A stretch of 64,000 nt of DNA from Clostridia bacterium (GTDB taxonomy: Bacteria; Bacillota; Clostridia; Oscillospirales; SIG627), in contig JAFXEX010000014.1 in the NCBI GenBank assembly GCA_017520825.1, forward strand, positions 69,118 through 133,117, read 5' to 3'. This document shows, piece by piece, positions 37,120 through 46,861 of this stretch. The position numbers were made by a program, and so were the translations under genes. The number at the start of each line of letters is the position of its first letter. Position 1 is the first letter of the stretch. The notes under the pieces were generated by a model. That model was not told where the DNA came from. It made no database searches and saw only the letters and a list, made by a program, of their open reading frames with translations.

Positions 37120-38160
37120 CTACGCCAGTTTTATTATATCGTTCACCATTACTACTGCCATAAACAAAAGCAACAGCACCATTCCAACGGCGTGAACTAT
37201 TCCCTCGTGCTGAGGCTTAATGGGCTTTCCTCTTATTGCTTCAATCAGCACGAAAACGATTCTTCCACCGTCAAGGGCAGGTATGGGGAGCAGATTGAAC
37301 ACTCCCAGATTCATACTTACGAAAACGAAGAGATAGAGCAACGGCTTAAAGCCCTGACTTACGCTTTCGGCAATGACCTCAACCGTTCCAACGGGTCCCG
37401 ATACTGCTTCAAGTCCGTATCTGCCGGTTATCAGGTCGGTGAGGGAGGAAAGTATCATCTTTACAGTTGAAAAGGATTGGAAAACTGCCTCACGCATCAG
37501 GGTACCCACGCTTCGCTTGACGTAAAGGGGGGAAAAGTCAACCACTCCACACAAAAGCCCCTCAACCTCCTGGGTGTTGAAGCTCACGTCCTCAAGGAGT
37601 ATTTCTTCTCCGTCCCGTTCTATTACAATATCAAGTGGCTCCGTTCCGTCCATCATAATCTTGTAGGAAACGTCCTGCCACACGTTCATTTTTTCACCGT
37701 TGATTTTAACTATTTTGTCCCCGTCCTGAACGCCGTAATCGGACAGCACCGAGTCCTCGATTACCGAATAGCCCTCTCGGTCTGCAATATAGGTGGTGGG
37801 GTAGTAGGGGGATAGTGAGAGCAATATGAACATAGCCACCACTGCCGTGAGAATATTCATAAAGGAGCCTGCAAGCAGAATTATAAATCTCTGCCACCAG
37901 GGCTTTTTCGTCAGAGCGTCGTCTCTGTCACTTTCCTCGTCCTCACCCACAAGGCTTACGAAGCCTCCTATGGGCAGGGCGCGTATTGAGTAAGCAGTTC
38001 CCGATTTTTTGCTTTTACGGGAAATGATTTTGGGTCCCATACCTATGGCAAACTCGTTGACGCCCACCTTAAAAAGACGAGCCGTGATAAAGTGACCGAA
38101 TTCGTGAGACAGTATCATAAAGCCGAAGAATAAAAGAGCGATTATTATTTTCCAGACCAT
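37120..38160 (-). CDS. rseP: RIP metalloprotease RseP/RasP
   Basis: It has the HEFGHF zinc motif, a PDZ region, and a C-terminal NLLPIPALDGG motif. The start is set at the ATG at 38160 with an AGGAGA RBS, because the longer ORF (to 38259) runs into the repeat module. Confidence 0.88.
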   Translation of the reverse strand: MVWKIIIALLFFGFMILSHEFGHFITARLFKVGVNEFAIGMGPKIISRKSKKSGTAYSIRALPIGGFVSLVGEDEESDRDDALTKKPWWQRFIILLAGSFMNILTAVVAMFILLSLSPYYPTTYIADREGYSVIEDSVLSDYGVQDGDKIVKINGEKMNVWQDVSYKIMMDGTEPLDIVIERDGEEILLEDVSFNTQEVEGLLCGVVDFSPLYVKRSVGTLMREAVFQSFSTVKMILSSLTDLITGRYGLEAVSGPVGTVEVIAESVSQGFKPLLYLFVFVSMNLGVFNLLPIPALDGGRIVFVLIEAIRGKPIKPQHEGIVHAVGMVLLLLFMAVVMVNDIIKLA

Positions 38161-38173
38161 AAAGTTCTCCTGA

Positions 38174-38335
38174 GGCTTCATATTTGGGCTAAAAGAAGCA
38201 ATTGATAATTGAAAATTGAAAGTTGAAAATTCAGGTTGATTTGCTTCGCAAATCTTCAATCAAAGAAAATTTCGCACGGCGAAATTGTCCTTAATTGTGC
38301 ATTGTGCATTGTTAATTGTTAATTGTTAATTAGCG
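38174..38335. repeat. Composite repeat: Lb terminus fragment + 7-nt tandem repeats + hairpins + 7-nt tandem repeats
   Basis: The order is GGCTTCATATTTGGGCTAAAAG, then AATTGAT/AATTGAA/AATTGAA/AGTTGAA/AATTCAG, then GATTTGC-TTC-GCAAATC, then AATTTCGC-ACG-GCGAAATT, then ATTGTGC/ATTGTGC/ATTGTTA/ATTGTTA/ATTGTTA/ATTAG. The last repeats run into the dxr 3' end. Confidence 0.85.
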
Positions 38336-39470
38336 AAGCTACGGCTTCGCGTGCCAACAGGTCGTCCTCTTCCAGATTGTCAAGCGTAACTACGTCTCTG
38401 TGAGGCACTGTGTTTACTGCTTGTTCAACCAGAGTGAATATATCGGTGAAGCGTATTTTCTCCTTCAAAAAGAGTGCTACTGCCTCCTCGTTGGCGCTGT
38501 TCATTACGGCAGGGGCGTTCCCCCCTAAGGTAACGGCTTTTTTGGCGAGAGGGAGCAGGGTAAAGGTGTCCTCGTCGGGGGTGTCAAAGGTAAGTGAAAA
38601 CGCCTTTGTAAAGTCGAGAGGGGTACACAGAGAGGGTTGTCTCTCGGGGTAGGTGAGGGCAAAGGCAATGCAATGCTTCATATTGGGATTTCCCATTTGA
38701 GCTAAAATTGAGGAATCCACGAACTCTACCATAGAGTGAACGATGCTCTGTCGGTGTACCGTTACGTCTATTTTATGTGCAGGCACGCCGAAAAGACGTA
38801 CTGCTTCTATTATTTCCAAGCCTTTATTCATTAATGTTGCCGAATCAACGGTAATTTTTGCACCCATTGACCAGGTGGGATGCTTCAATGCGTCGGCAAG
38901 GGTTACCTTTTCAAGCTGGGCGCGACTCATTCCAAAGAAGGGACCACCCGATGCAGTGATGATAAGCCTTTTTATAAACTCGGGAGAGTTATGCTCACCG
39001 TCTAGGCATTGAAATATTGCCGAATGCTCACTGTCAACGGGGAGAAGCTTTACTCCTGCCCTTTTTACCTCGTCAAGTATTATGTCACCTGCTGCAACAA
39101 GGGGCTCCTTGTTCGCCATGGCAATATCCTTGCCCGAGCGTATTGCAGCAACGGTGGGTCTTATTCCACATCTGCCCATAAGGGAATTGAGAAGTATATC
39201 TGCGTCCGAGCTCTCTGCCACCTCGGTAACGGCATTCTCACCGATAAGCACCTTGGTGTCGGTGTCTGAAACCTTTATCTTCAATTCCTTGCCTGCATCC
39301 TCGTCAACTACTGCTACAAGCTTGGGGTTAAATTCCCTTATCTGTTCTTCAAGGAGCTTGATGTTTGAGTATGCGGCAAGGGCAGTAATGGGTATATTCT
39401 TTTCACGGGCAACCTCAACCGTCTGCGTACCGATTGAGCCCGTTGAGCCAAGCAACGCTAATTTTTTCAT
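38319..39470 (-). CDS. dxr: 1-deoxy-D-xylulose 5-phosphate reductoisomerase
   Basis: It has an N-terminal GSTGSIG motif and a full-length Dxr pattern. The last codons (LINN-stop) are encoded by the ATTGTTA heptad repeats. Confidence 0.93.
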   Translation of the reverse strand: MKKLALLGSTGSIGTQTVEVAREKNIPITALAAYSNIKLLEEQIREFNPKLVAVVDEDAGKELKIKVSDTDTKVLIGENAVTEVAESSDADILLNSLMGRCGIRPTVAAIRSGKDIAMANKEPLVAAGDIILDEVKRAGVKLLPVDSEHSAIFQCLDGEHNSPEFIKRLIITASGGPFFGMSRAQLEKVTLADALKHPTWSMGAKITVDSATLMNKGLEIIEAVRLFGVPAHKIDVTVHRQSIVHSMVEFVDSSILAQMGNPNMKHCIAFALTYPERQPSLCTPLDFTKAFSLTFDTPDEDTFTLLPLAKKAVTLGGNAPAVMNSANEEAVALFLKEKIRFTDIFTLVEQAVNTVPHRDVVTLDNLEEDDLLAREAVASLINN

Positions 39471-39483
39471 AATCCTTTTCCAA

Positions 39484-40284
39484 TCAGAATTTTACAAAAA
39501 GTGAAACTACATACAAAAATGCCGATACGGCTAAAATACTGTCAAATCGGTCAAGCACACCACCGTGTCCCGGGAAGAGGTTTCCGTAGTCCTTAATGCC
39601 GTAGTGTCTTTTGATAAGTGACGCCGAAAGGTCACCAAGCTGTGAAACCACGCTTGCTACAAGTCCCACGATAGTGAGAATTAGGGTGAGCTTCAGGTCG
39701 TGAGTCATAAACCAGCCGTATACGCCGTAGGTGATTGTGGTGGCAAGGCTTCCGCCTATTGCACCCTCAACAGTTTTCTTGGGGCTGACTGCAGGAATAA
39801 GCTTGTGCTTGCCGAGAAAATAGCCTGAAAAATAGGCAAAGGTATCGGTCACCCAAGCGCCCACGAATACCAGAGGGAATAAAAGCGTGCCTTTCGTGAA
39901 CAGTACCGTCAGTGAACCGAAGGATGCCGTTACGTAAAAGGTAAGAGCAAATGCTACGAGAACCTTATCTGCAGTGATTTTAGAGTTGTTTAAAACTCCC
40001 GTGAAGAGAAGATAAAAAACCAGCACGATAAACGTGGGAGTATATGCGCCGAGATGAGAAGCGTTAAGGAGAGGCAAGGCGAATGCAACTGCGTAAACGG
40101 GAGCGAAAAACAAGTTTTTTTCTTCCCCCGTGCATTTTACGGCTTCAAAAGCTCCGACGGCAGACAGAACTGCCATTGCTAAGCTGAAAAGCGTTATAGG
40201 TCCCACGAGAGTCAGCTCTCCGAAGATGAGAATGGGAATAAAGATTAAAAGGGCAACTATTGCCGTTATTATTCTTGTTTTCAT
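39484..40284 (-). CDS. cdsA: Phosphatidate cytidylyltransferase
   Basis: It has the C-terminal signature SLIKRHYGIKDYGNLFPGHGGVLDRFDS and is multi-TM. Confidence 0.9.
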   Translation of the reverse strand: MKTRIITAIVALLIFIPILIFGELTLVGPITLFSLAMAVLSAVGAFEAVKCTGEEKNLFFAPVYAVAFALPLLNASHLGAYTPTFIVLVFYLLFTGVLNNSKITADKVLVAFALTFYVTASFGSLTVLFTKGTLLFPLVFVGAWVTDTFAYFSGYFLGKHKLIPAVSPKKTVEGAIGGSLATTITYGVYGWFMTHDLKLTLILTIVGLVASVVSQLGDLSASLIKRHYGIKDYGNLFPGHGGVLDRFDSILAVSAFLYVVSLFVKF

Positions 40285-40304
40285 AGCATTTTTCCTTTGT
40301 CGGT

Positions 40305-41033
40305 TTATTTTACGGCTCCGAATCTGCGCTGACGGGTTGCGAAAAACTCCAACGCCTCGTCAACGTCTCTGTATATCATATCGGGCCAGAGGGTTTTTGT
40401 AAAATACAGCTCGGAATAGGTGGATTGCCAGGTTAAGAAGTTGGACAGACGCCACTCGCCACCCGTTCTCACGATAAGGTCGGGGTCGGGCTGTCCCATG
40501 GTGTAAAGGCGTGAGGAGATATCCTCCTCGGTCACCTCCGTCTTACCCTCGGAAATAAGGGTGTTGACTGCGTGTACTATATCGTCTCTTCCTCCGTAGT
40601 TTATGGCAACGTTGAGAGTGTGAGGGTAGTCGTGAGCATCCTGGGTGACCTCCTTCATAAGCCTTTGTATTTCGGGGGAAAAGCGTGTGGTATCACCTAA
40701 AAAGCGAACGTTGAATTTGTTGCCGTCGTGGTTGTCAAGCCACTCCTGCATATAGTCCATAAGAAGCTTCATTATGCCGTCAACCTCACTTTGAGGACGC
40801 TTCCAGTTTTCGGTTGAAAAGGCGTAGACGGTTACAAGCTGGATATTTCTGTTGAAGCAGTATTCCACAACTCTGCGAAAGGCTTCTGCCCCTGCTTTAT
40901 GTCCCATTTCTCTGGGGAGTCCTCGGGAATTTGCCCATCTGCCGTTACCGTCCATAATGAAGGCTATATGACGAAGCGGCGGTTGAGTGCCGCCGCTTTT
41001 AACGTCTTTCTTTTTCAATGAGAAAAGTCTCAT
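40305..41033 (-). CDS. uppS: Undecaprenyl diphosphate synthase
   Basis: HIAFIMDGNGRWA and ...RTGGEWRLSNFLTWQ. Confidence 0.93.
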   Translation of the reverse strand: MRLFSLKKKDVKSGGTQPPLRHIAFIMDGNGRWANSRGLPREMGHKAGAEAFRRVVEYCFNRNIQLVTVYAFSTENWKRPQSEVDGIMKLLMDYMQEWLDNHDGNKFNVRFLGDTTRFSPEIQRLMKEVTQDAHDYPHTLNVAINYGGRDDIVHAVNTLISEGKTEVTEEDISSRLYTMGQPDPDLIVRTGGEWRLSNFLTWQSTYSELYFTKTLWPDMIYRDVDEALEFFATRQRRFGAVK

Positions 41034-41587
41034 TATATTTCCATTACCTCTTTTGTCTTTGCGGCAACCAGAGCGTCAATATTCTTAACGTACTTATCGG
41101 TGAGGTCCTGCGCGTCCTTTTCTCCCGACTTTACGTCGTCCTCTGTGAGAGTTCCTGCCTTCTTTTCGTTCTTGAGATAGTCGTTTGCTTCACGGCGAAT
41201 GTTACGGATTGCAACCTTTGCATCCTCGCCACACTTTGAAACCTGCTTTGAAACCTCTTTTCTACGCTCCTCTGTAAGAGAGGGGAAGGTGAGACGGATT
41301 ACCTTACCGTCGTTCTGAGGGTTAATGCCAAGGTCGGAAGCAAGTATTGCCTTTTCAATTTCCTTTACCGTGGAAGCATCCCAAGGTGTAATCACAAGGG
41401 TTCTTGCATCGGTGGTGGAGATTGCCGCAATCTGATTTATGGGAGTGGGAGAGCCGTAGTAGTCAACGGTAATCTTATCAAGCACTGCTGCGCTTGCGCG
41501 TCCTACTCTTATTGATTTCAGCTCGCTTTCAAGAGCTGAGCAGGATTTTTGCATTTTAGCTTCAAAATCTTTAAGGTTAGCTTTCAT
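41033..41587 (-). CDS. frr: Ribosome recycling factor
   Basis: It is a 184-aa Frr pattern located between pyrH and uppS. Confidence 0.93.
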   Translation of the reverse strand: MKANLKDFEAKMQKSCSALESELKSIRVGRASAAVLDKITVDYYGSPTPINQIAAISTTDARTLVITPWDASTVKEIEKAILASDLGINPQNDGKVIRLTFPSLTEERRKEVSKQVSKCGEDAKVAIRNIRREANDYLKNEKKAGTLTEDDVKSGEKDAQDLTDKYVKNIDALVAAKTKEVMEI

Positions 41588-41609
41588 ATTGTTGTTTCCT
41601 TTCAGTATA

Positions 41610-42392
41610 TCAGTTTAATTTTTCTACTATAGTTCCCGTTTCGCCACCACAGATGGCAGTAACGATGTTTTCGGGGTTATCAAGACCGAAGAGAAGAAGG
41701 GGCATACCGTTTTCCATAGCGTAGGCAGTTGCCGTAGCGTCGATTGCCTTCAGTCCCTTTGCAAGAATTTCACTGTAATCAAGCTTGGGAATTCTCACGG
41801 CTGTGGGGTCAATTCTGGGGTCTGCCGTATATATGGCGTCAATGTTCTTGGCAAGCATTACCACGTCGGCGTCAATTTCAACACCTCTTAAAACCGAGGT
41901 TGTGTCGGTGGTCATATGAGAGATACCAGAGCCTCCTGCAAAGATAACCACACGCTTCTTTTCAAGGTGGCTTACTGCTTTTGACTTTATGTAGTTTTCG
42001 GCAAATTGAGGCATTTCAACCGAGGACATTACTCTCGTTTCAACACCCAGCTTTTCAAGCGTTTCTGAAAGGGCAATGGAGTTTATCACGGTAGCAAGCA
42101 TTCCCATATGGTCTGCTCTCGTACGGTCAAAGCCCTCGCCCAGTCTACCTCCTCGCCAGATGTTTCCTCCACCGATAACGATACCTACCTCAACGCCAAG
42201 CTCGGTGACTCTTTTGATTTCAGCACCGATTCTGTCCAGCTTTGCTCTGTCGATAATCGGTACGCTTTTAACTACCTTTTCGCCGTTTTTGTCGGTGGTG
42301 TATTCGGCAAGCTCATTGCCGTATACTGCTTCTCCCGACAGCTTAATCAGAACTCTTTTGAATTTCGCTCCCATTTTCTTCTTCCTCGCCAC
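41610..42392 (-). CDS. pyrH: UMP kinase
   Basis: It has KRVLIKLSGEA and is an amino-acid-kinase family member. The start may instead be the internal MGAKF. Confidence 0.92.
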   Translation of the reverse strand: MARKKKMGAKFKRVLIKLSGEAVYGNELAEYTTDKNGEKVVKSVPIIDRAKLDRIGAEIKRVTELGVEVGIVIGGGNIWRGGRLGEGFDRTRADHMGMLATVINSIALSETLEKLGVETRVMSSVEMPQFAENYIKSKAVSHLEKKRVVIFAGGSGISHMTTDTTSVLRGVEIDADVVMLAKNIDAIYTADPRIDPTAVRIPKLDYSEILAKGLKAIDATATAYAMENGMPLLLFGLDNPENIVTAICGGETGTIVEKLN

Positions 42393-42445
42393 TTTTTTAC
42401 TATTTAATATTGTAACCTAAAAATTGTAATTTGTAAAGTGCTAAT

Positions 42446-44263
42446 TTAAATAATCTTGAAGGATTTACCCTCAATTTTCACTCTGCCCGATACAATGGGG
42501 GTGTCGGTGAGGTTGAGGTATACCGTCAGGGTGTCCTTACCACCTTTTCTTCGGTATATTACAAGGTCGCCGTCACACCTTAAAAACTCAAAGCCGCCGT
42601 CCTTAAGGCAGGGGTGCTTTTCCCTTAATTTTCCAAGCATTTTATAGTGTGAAATAAGCTCCTTGTCCTCTCGTCCCCAGGGGTATGGCATACGGCAGAA
42701 GGGGTCGTGATAGCCCTCCACTCCTGCCTCGTCTCCGTAGTATACCGAGGGGAAGCCGAAAATAGTGTATTGAATTACCGAGGCAAGCTTCAAAAGCTTT
42801 TTCGCCTCTGCTCTTTTTTCGGACGACAGCCTTAACACCGAAAGCTCGGCGTTGGTCTTGTCCTCGCCTGCCGTTGGGTCACCCAGAAGAGTGAGTATGC
42901 GCTCGGTATCGTGGGTGGATATTATGTTCATAAGGGAGTCAAGCACGGGCTTTGGATAGGATGAATAAAGCTCGGTAACGGTGTTGTAGAAGCCCTCTGC
43001 GTCACGGTGACTCAAAAGAGAGATAATAGCGTTACGAAGAGGGTAGTTCATAACGCTATCAAGCTGAGCGCCGTGAAAATAGCGCCGTCTCTTGCCGTAG
43101 GAGGTCTTGGTTACGCCGTTTTCCCATACCTCGCCTAAAACGAAGGCGTCCTTTACGCCCTTTGCCGTGGCGTTCAGCTCGTCGAGAAACTCGTCTGAGA
43201 GCTCGTCGGCAACGTCAAGTCGCCAGCCGTCAGCACCACGTCCCAGCCAACGCTCAACTATTCCACCCTCGCTTGTAAAATAGCGTCGGCAGTCATCAGC
43301 TCCGTGCTTCAGTCGGGGCATTATTTCAATGCCCCACCACGCCTCGTAGGAATTGGGAAATTCCGTAAAATTGAACCAATTGGCGTAGGGGGAGTCCTCT
43401 GACTGATATGCGCCAACCTCGGCGTAGCTTCCACGCTTGTTGAAGTAACGGCTATCGTCACCCGTGTGGTTGAACACGCCGTCTAAAATTACCTTCATCC
43501 CTCTTGCGTGAGCCTTTTCAATAAGGTTGTCAAACGCCTCGTCACCACCCAGAAGGGAGTCGATTTTTTCATAGTCACCCGTATCGTAACGGTGATTTGA
43601 CACCGACTCAAAGACAGGGGACAGATATATTATGTTTACGCCAAGGGAGGCAAGGTAGTCAAGCTTTTCGGCAACGCCCCACAGATTACCTCCGAAGAAA
43701 ACGTCGTTGGACAAGGGGTCGCCTACCTTTTCGGCGTATTGTGGAATACCCTTTTCCCAATCCTCGTTGATAACGCCGTGAGGGGATACCTCGCCCTCTC
43801 CACGCTTGAATCGGTCAACGAAAATATGGTACATTATACCACCCTTTACCCAATGGGGCGTGTTAAAGCCCTTTTGGTAAAAAAGAAGGGTGAACTTGCT
43901 CTCCGAACTGTCGGTGAGAACGAAGTCAAGGTTGTTAACGCTTGACACAAACAGAGTATCAAAGCCACGAAGAAGCAGTATTTCGTAGAAATAAAGCCCC
44001 TTTTCACCCTTGATTTTCACTTGGTAGCAGTCGCTTCCACCCTCAAGAGAGGTGTAGTCAAAGGGAACGTCCTGCGCCTCTTCGCCGTCACGGTTAATCC
44101 TTAGCACCACTCCCGACGCACCGAGACGGCGAGGAAGGGTAACGGAAAGGGTCAAGACTGTGCCCTCTTCAAAGGCGCCAAGTCGGGTAGCCTTACCCTT
44201 TACAACTCTTTTTATATCAATATTTGCGTTCTTTTCAAGATTTGTGTGGTTTTTTATAAGCAT
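42446..44263 (-). CDS. GH13 alpha-amylase-family enzyme (neopullulanase/maltogenic-amylase-like)
   Basis: GH13 conserved regions are present: VILDGVFNHTG, GADGWRLDVADE, LGEVWE, IISTHDTER. Confidence 0.85.
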   Translation of the reverse strand: MLIKNHTNLEKNANIDIKRVVKGKATRLGAFEEGTVLTLSVTLPRRLGASGVVLRINRDGEEAQDVPFDYTSLEGGSDCYQVKIKGEKGLYFYEILLLRGFDTLFVSSVNNLDFVLTDSSESKFTLLFYQKGFNTPHWVKGGIMYHIFVDRFKRGEGEVSPHGVINEDWEKGIPQYAEKVGDPLSNDVFFGGNLWGVAEKLDYLASLGVNIIYLSPVFESVSNHRYDTGDYEKIDSLLGGDEAFDNLIEKAHARGMKVILDGVFNHTGDDSRYFNKRGSYAEVGAYQSEDSPYANWFNFTEFPNSYEAWWGIEIMPRLKHGADDCRRYFTSEGGIVERWLGRGADGWRLDVADELSDEFLDELNATAKGVKDAFVLGEVWENGVTKTSYGKRRRYFHGAQLDSVMNYPLRNAIISLLSHRDAEGFYNTVTELYSSYPKPVLDSLMNIISTHDTERILTLLGDPTAGEDKTNAELSVLRLSSEKRAEAKKLLKLASVIQYTIFGFPSVYYGDEAGVEGYHDPFCRMPYPWGREDKELISHYKMLGKLREKHPCLKDGGFEFLRCDGDLVIYRRKGGKDTLTVYLNLTDTPIVSGRVKIEGKSFKII

Positions 44264-44287
44264 ATAAACACCGTTACTTTATTTTTG

Positions 44288-44317
44288 AACGACCTGACAG
44301 AAGGCTGTCAGGTCGTT
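44288..44317. terminator. 13-bp stem-loop between glgP and the GH13 gene (no clear U-tract on the transcribed strand)
   Basis: AACGACCTGACAG-AAGG-CTGTCAGGTCGTT. Confidence 0.4.
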
Positions 44318-44321
44318 GTAA

Positions 44322-46751
44322 TTACTTTACTTTTTTAAGATTCCAGAAGCGTGTCGCATATTCCTCAATACATCTGTCAGATGCAAAATAGCCTGCCCCT
44401 GCAATATTGATAAGCGACATACGGCTCCAGCCTTCACGGTCACGGTAAGCCTCGGTCATAGCCTTGTGAGTAGAATGGTAGGACTCAAAATCTGCCAGAC
44501 ACATATAGGGGTCTGCAACGCCGTGTGCGTTGAGCAGATAGGAGGCAATATCGGCAAAGGATTCACCTGCAAAGCCTTGGGAAAGAGCGTTGATTATCTT
44601 TGCAAGGCGTGGGTTGGTGGTGTAGTAGCTTGCCGAATTGTAGCCTCTCAGCCAAAGGTCCTCAACCTCCTTGGCAGTAAGACCGAATATAAACATATTC
44701 TCCTTGCCCGTCGCCTCCTGCATCTCAACGTTTGCGCCGTCAAGAGTACCGATGGTCAGAGCGCCGTTTATCATCAGCTTCATACAACCCGTACCACTCG
44801 CCTCCTTGCCTGCAAGGGAGATTTGCTCACTTACTTCGGCAGAGGGTATAAGTGCCTCGGCAAGACTTACGTTGTAGTCCTCAAGGAACACAACTGCAAG
44901 CTTTTCACGGATTTTGGGGTTGGGATTCTGGTCAATATCTCTGCCCAGACAACACAGAAGCTTGATTATTCTCTTAGCCATATCGTAGCCGGGCGCAGCC
45001 TTTGCGCCGAAGAAAAACGTCTGTGGCTGTACTTCAAGGTCAGGATTTTCCTTAAGGTCGAGATAGAGACCTATAATGTTAAGGGCATTGAGAAGCTGTC
45101 TCTTGTACTCGTGAAGTCTCTTTATCTGCACGTCGAATATGGAGTGAGTGTTCAGCTTCTTGCCCGTCTTTTTGTATATCAGGTTGGCAAAGTCGATTTT
45201 GTTGTCGTGCTTTATGCCACGAAGTCTTTCAAGCACCTCTTTGTCGTCGGCAAACTTTTTCAGCTGGGACAACTGCTCGGGCTGATGACGGTAGCCGTCG
45301 CCGATGCAGTCCTCAATAAGAGAAGCAAGTCGGGGGTTTGAGTAGCACAGCCATCTTCTGTGGGCAATGCCGTTGGTAACGTTGTCAAAGCGCTCGGGGT
45401 ACATCTTGTAGAAGTCCTTGAAGGTGGAGTCCTTCAAAATGCCGGAGTGAAGCTTTGATACGCCGTTTACCGAGTGTGAGGCAATAACCGAAAGGTTTGC
45501 CATTCTCACCTGGGAGTTGGCAATGATGCTCAATTTCGATATAGTGTCCCAATTGCCGGGGAAGGCGTCCCACGCCTCACGGCAGAAGCGCTCGTTGATT
45601 TCCTTGATAATAGAATGAATTCTGGGAAGCTTGAGGGCAAACAAATCCTCGTTCCAGGTTTCAAGAGCCTCGGGCATAACCGTGTGGTTAGTGTAGGAAA
45701 CGGTCTTTGAAACGATGTCCCAAGCTCTTTCCCAAGAGTAAAAATAGTCGTCAATGAGTATTCTCATCAGCTCGGGCACGCAAAGGGCAGGGTGGGTGTC
45801 GTTGATGTGTATTGCTACCTTGTCGCTTAAATTGTCAAGGGTTTTATATACTGCCATATGGTCACGGATAATGCTCTGTACCGAGGCAGAAACAAGGAAA
45901 TACTGCTGTGTCAGACGGAGAAGCTTGCCCTCGGTGTGATTGTCCGAGGGGTAAAGCACCTTTGAAATGATTTCGGCATTGGTGCTTTCTTCAAGAGCCT
46001 TGGTGTACTGTCCCTGAGTGAAAAGACCCATATTGAAATTCTGAATATCCCTTGCCTTCCACAGTCTCAGCTGGCTTACTGCAGAGGAGTCAGCGCCCGA
46101 AATCATCATATCGTAGGGAACTGCCTCTATTTCCTCGGCGTTTTCGTAAAGTATTTCGCAATGGCCGTCCTTCCAGTTTTCAATTACCTTACCACCGAAC
46201 TTTACCTTGTAAACTCTGTCGGTACGGGGGATGAGCCAAACCTCACCACCGGGAAGCCATACGTCGGGAAGCTCTACCTGCATACCGTCAACTATCATCT
46301 GACGGAAAAGACCGTACTCGTAGCAGATTGAAAAGCCTGTGGCAGGGTAGTCAAGGCTGGAAAGAGAGTCCATAAAGCAGGCTGCAAGTCTTCCGAGACC
46401 ACCGTTGCCAAGTCCTGCGTCCGACTCGCACTCGTAAAGCTCGTCAAGATTGAAGCCAAGAGAGTCAAGAGCCTCGGCATAAGCCTTGTCAAGACCTAAG
46501 TTGCATAAATTGGTTTTAAGGCTTCTGCCAAGCAGAAACTCCATACACATATAGTAAACTCGCTTTGCTCCTGCTTCGTTTACTTTTTTCTTATATTTGG
46601 AGCGCTTGTCGCTGAGAATGTTCTTGACGGTAATCGCCGCCGCCTTGTACATCTGCTCCCGTGACGCATCCTCGGCAGTACAGCCGAAGTGACGGAGCAG
46701 AACTGTTTCGAGCAGTGATTTTACTTCTTCTTTGTTTGGGGAATAGTTCAT
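44322..46751 (-). CDS. glgP: Glycogen/starch phosphorylase
   Basis: It is 809 aa, with the PLP-site region EASGTGCMKLMINGALTIGTLDGANVE. Confidence 0.95.
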   Translation of the reverse strand: MNYSPNKEEVKSLLETVLLRHFGCTAEDASREQMYKAAAITVKNILSDKRSKYKKKVNEAGAKRVYYMCMEFLLGRSLKTNLCNLGLDKAYAEALDSLGFNLDELYECESDAGLGNGGLGRLAACFMDSLSSLDYPATGFSICYEYGLFRQMIVDGMQVELPDVWLPGGEVWLIPRTDRVYKVKFGGKVIENWKDGHCEILYENAEEIEAVPYDMMISGADSSAVSQLRLWKARDIQNFNMGLFTQGQYTKALEESTNAEIISKVLYPSDNHTEGKLLRLTQQYFLVSASVQSIIRDHMAVYKTLDNLSDKVAIHINDTHPALCVPELMRILIDDYFYSWERAWDIVSKTVSYTNHTVMPEALETWNEDLFALKLPRIHSIIKEINERFCREAWDAFPGNWDTISKLSIIANSQVRMANLSVIASHSVNGVSKLHSGILKDSTFKDFYKMYPERFDNVTNGIAHRRWLCYSNPRLASLIEDCIGDGYRHQPEQLSQLKKFADDKEVLERLRGIKHDNKIDFANLIYKKTGKKLNTHSIFDVQIKRLHEYKRQLLNALNIIGLYLDLKENPDLEVQPQTFFFGAKAAPGYDMAKRIIKLLCCLGRDIDQNPNPKIREKLAVVFLEDYNVSLAEALIPSAEVSEQISLAGKEASGTGCMKLMINGALTIGTLDGANVEMQEATGKENMFIFGLTAKEVEDLWLRGYNSASYYTTNPRLAKIINALSQGFAGESFADIASYLLNAHGVADPYMCLADFESYHSTHKAMTEAYRDREGWSRMSLINIAGAGYFASDRCIEEYATRFWNLKKVK

Positions 46752-46774
46752 ATGGTATCCTTTCTGTTTTGCGG

Positions 46775-46860
46775 GAAAGTTGAAAATTGAGAATTGAAAG
46801 TTGAAAATTAAGGAAAATTTGCCAAAGGCAAATTCACCTTAATTCTGCATTCTGCATTTA
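46775..46860. repeat. Heptad + hairpin module (H) between glgA and glgP
   Basis: gaaagttgaaaattgagaattgaaagttgaaaatt is followed by AATTTGCC-AAA-GGCAAATT (46816-46834), then ttaattctgcattctgcatt. Confidence 0.8.
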
Positions 46861-46861
46861 T

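Noticed and set aside
37120-38259. N-terminal extensions of track ORFs into upstream sequence. Examples are rseP to 38259, ruvC to 19706, hemW to 11399, ricT to 14451, yceD from 22509 and rpmF from 23102.
   Set aside because: The extensions overlap upstream genes, repeat modules or the RBS itself. In each case an internal ATG with a good SD gives the N-terminus typical of the family.
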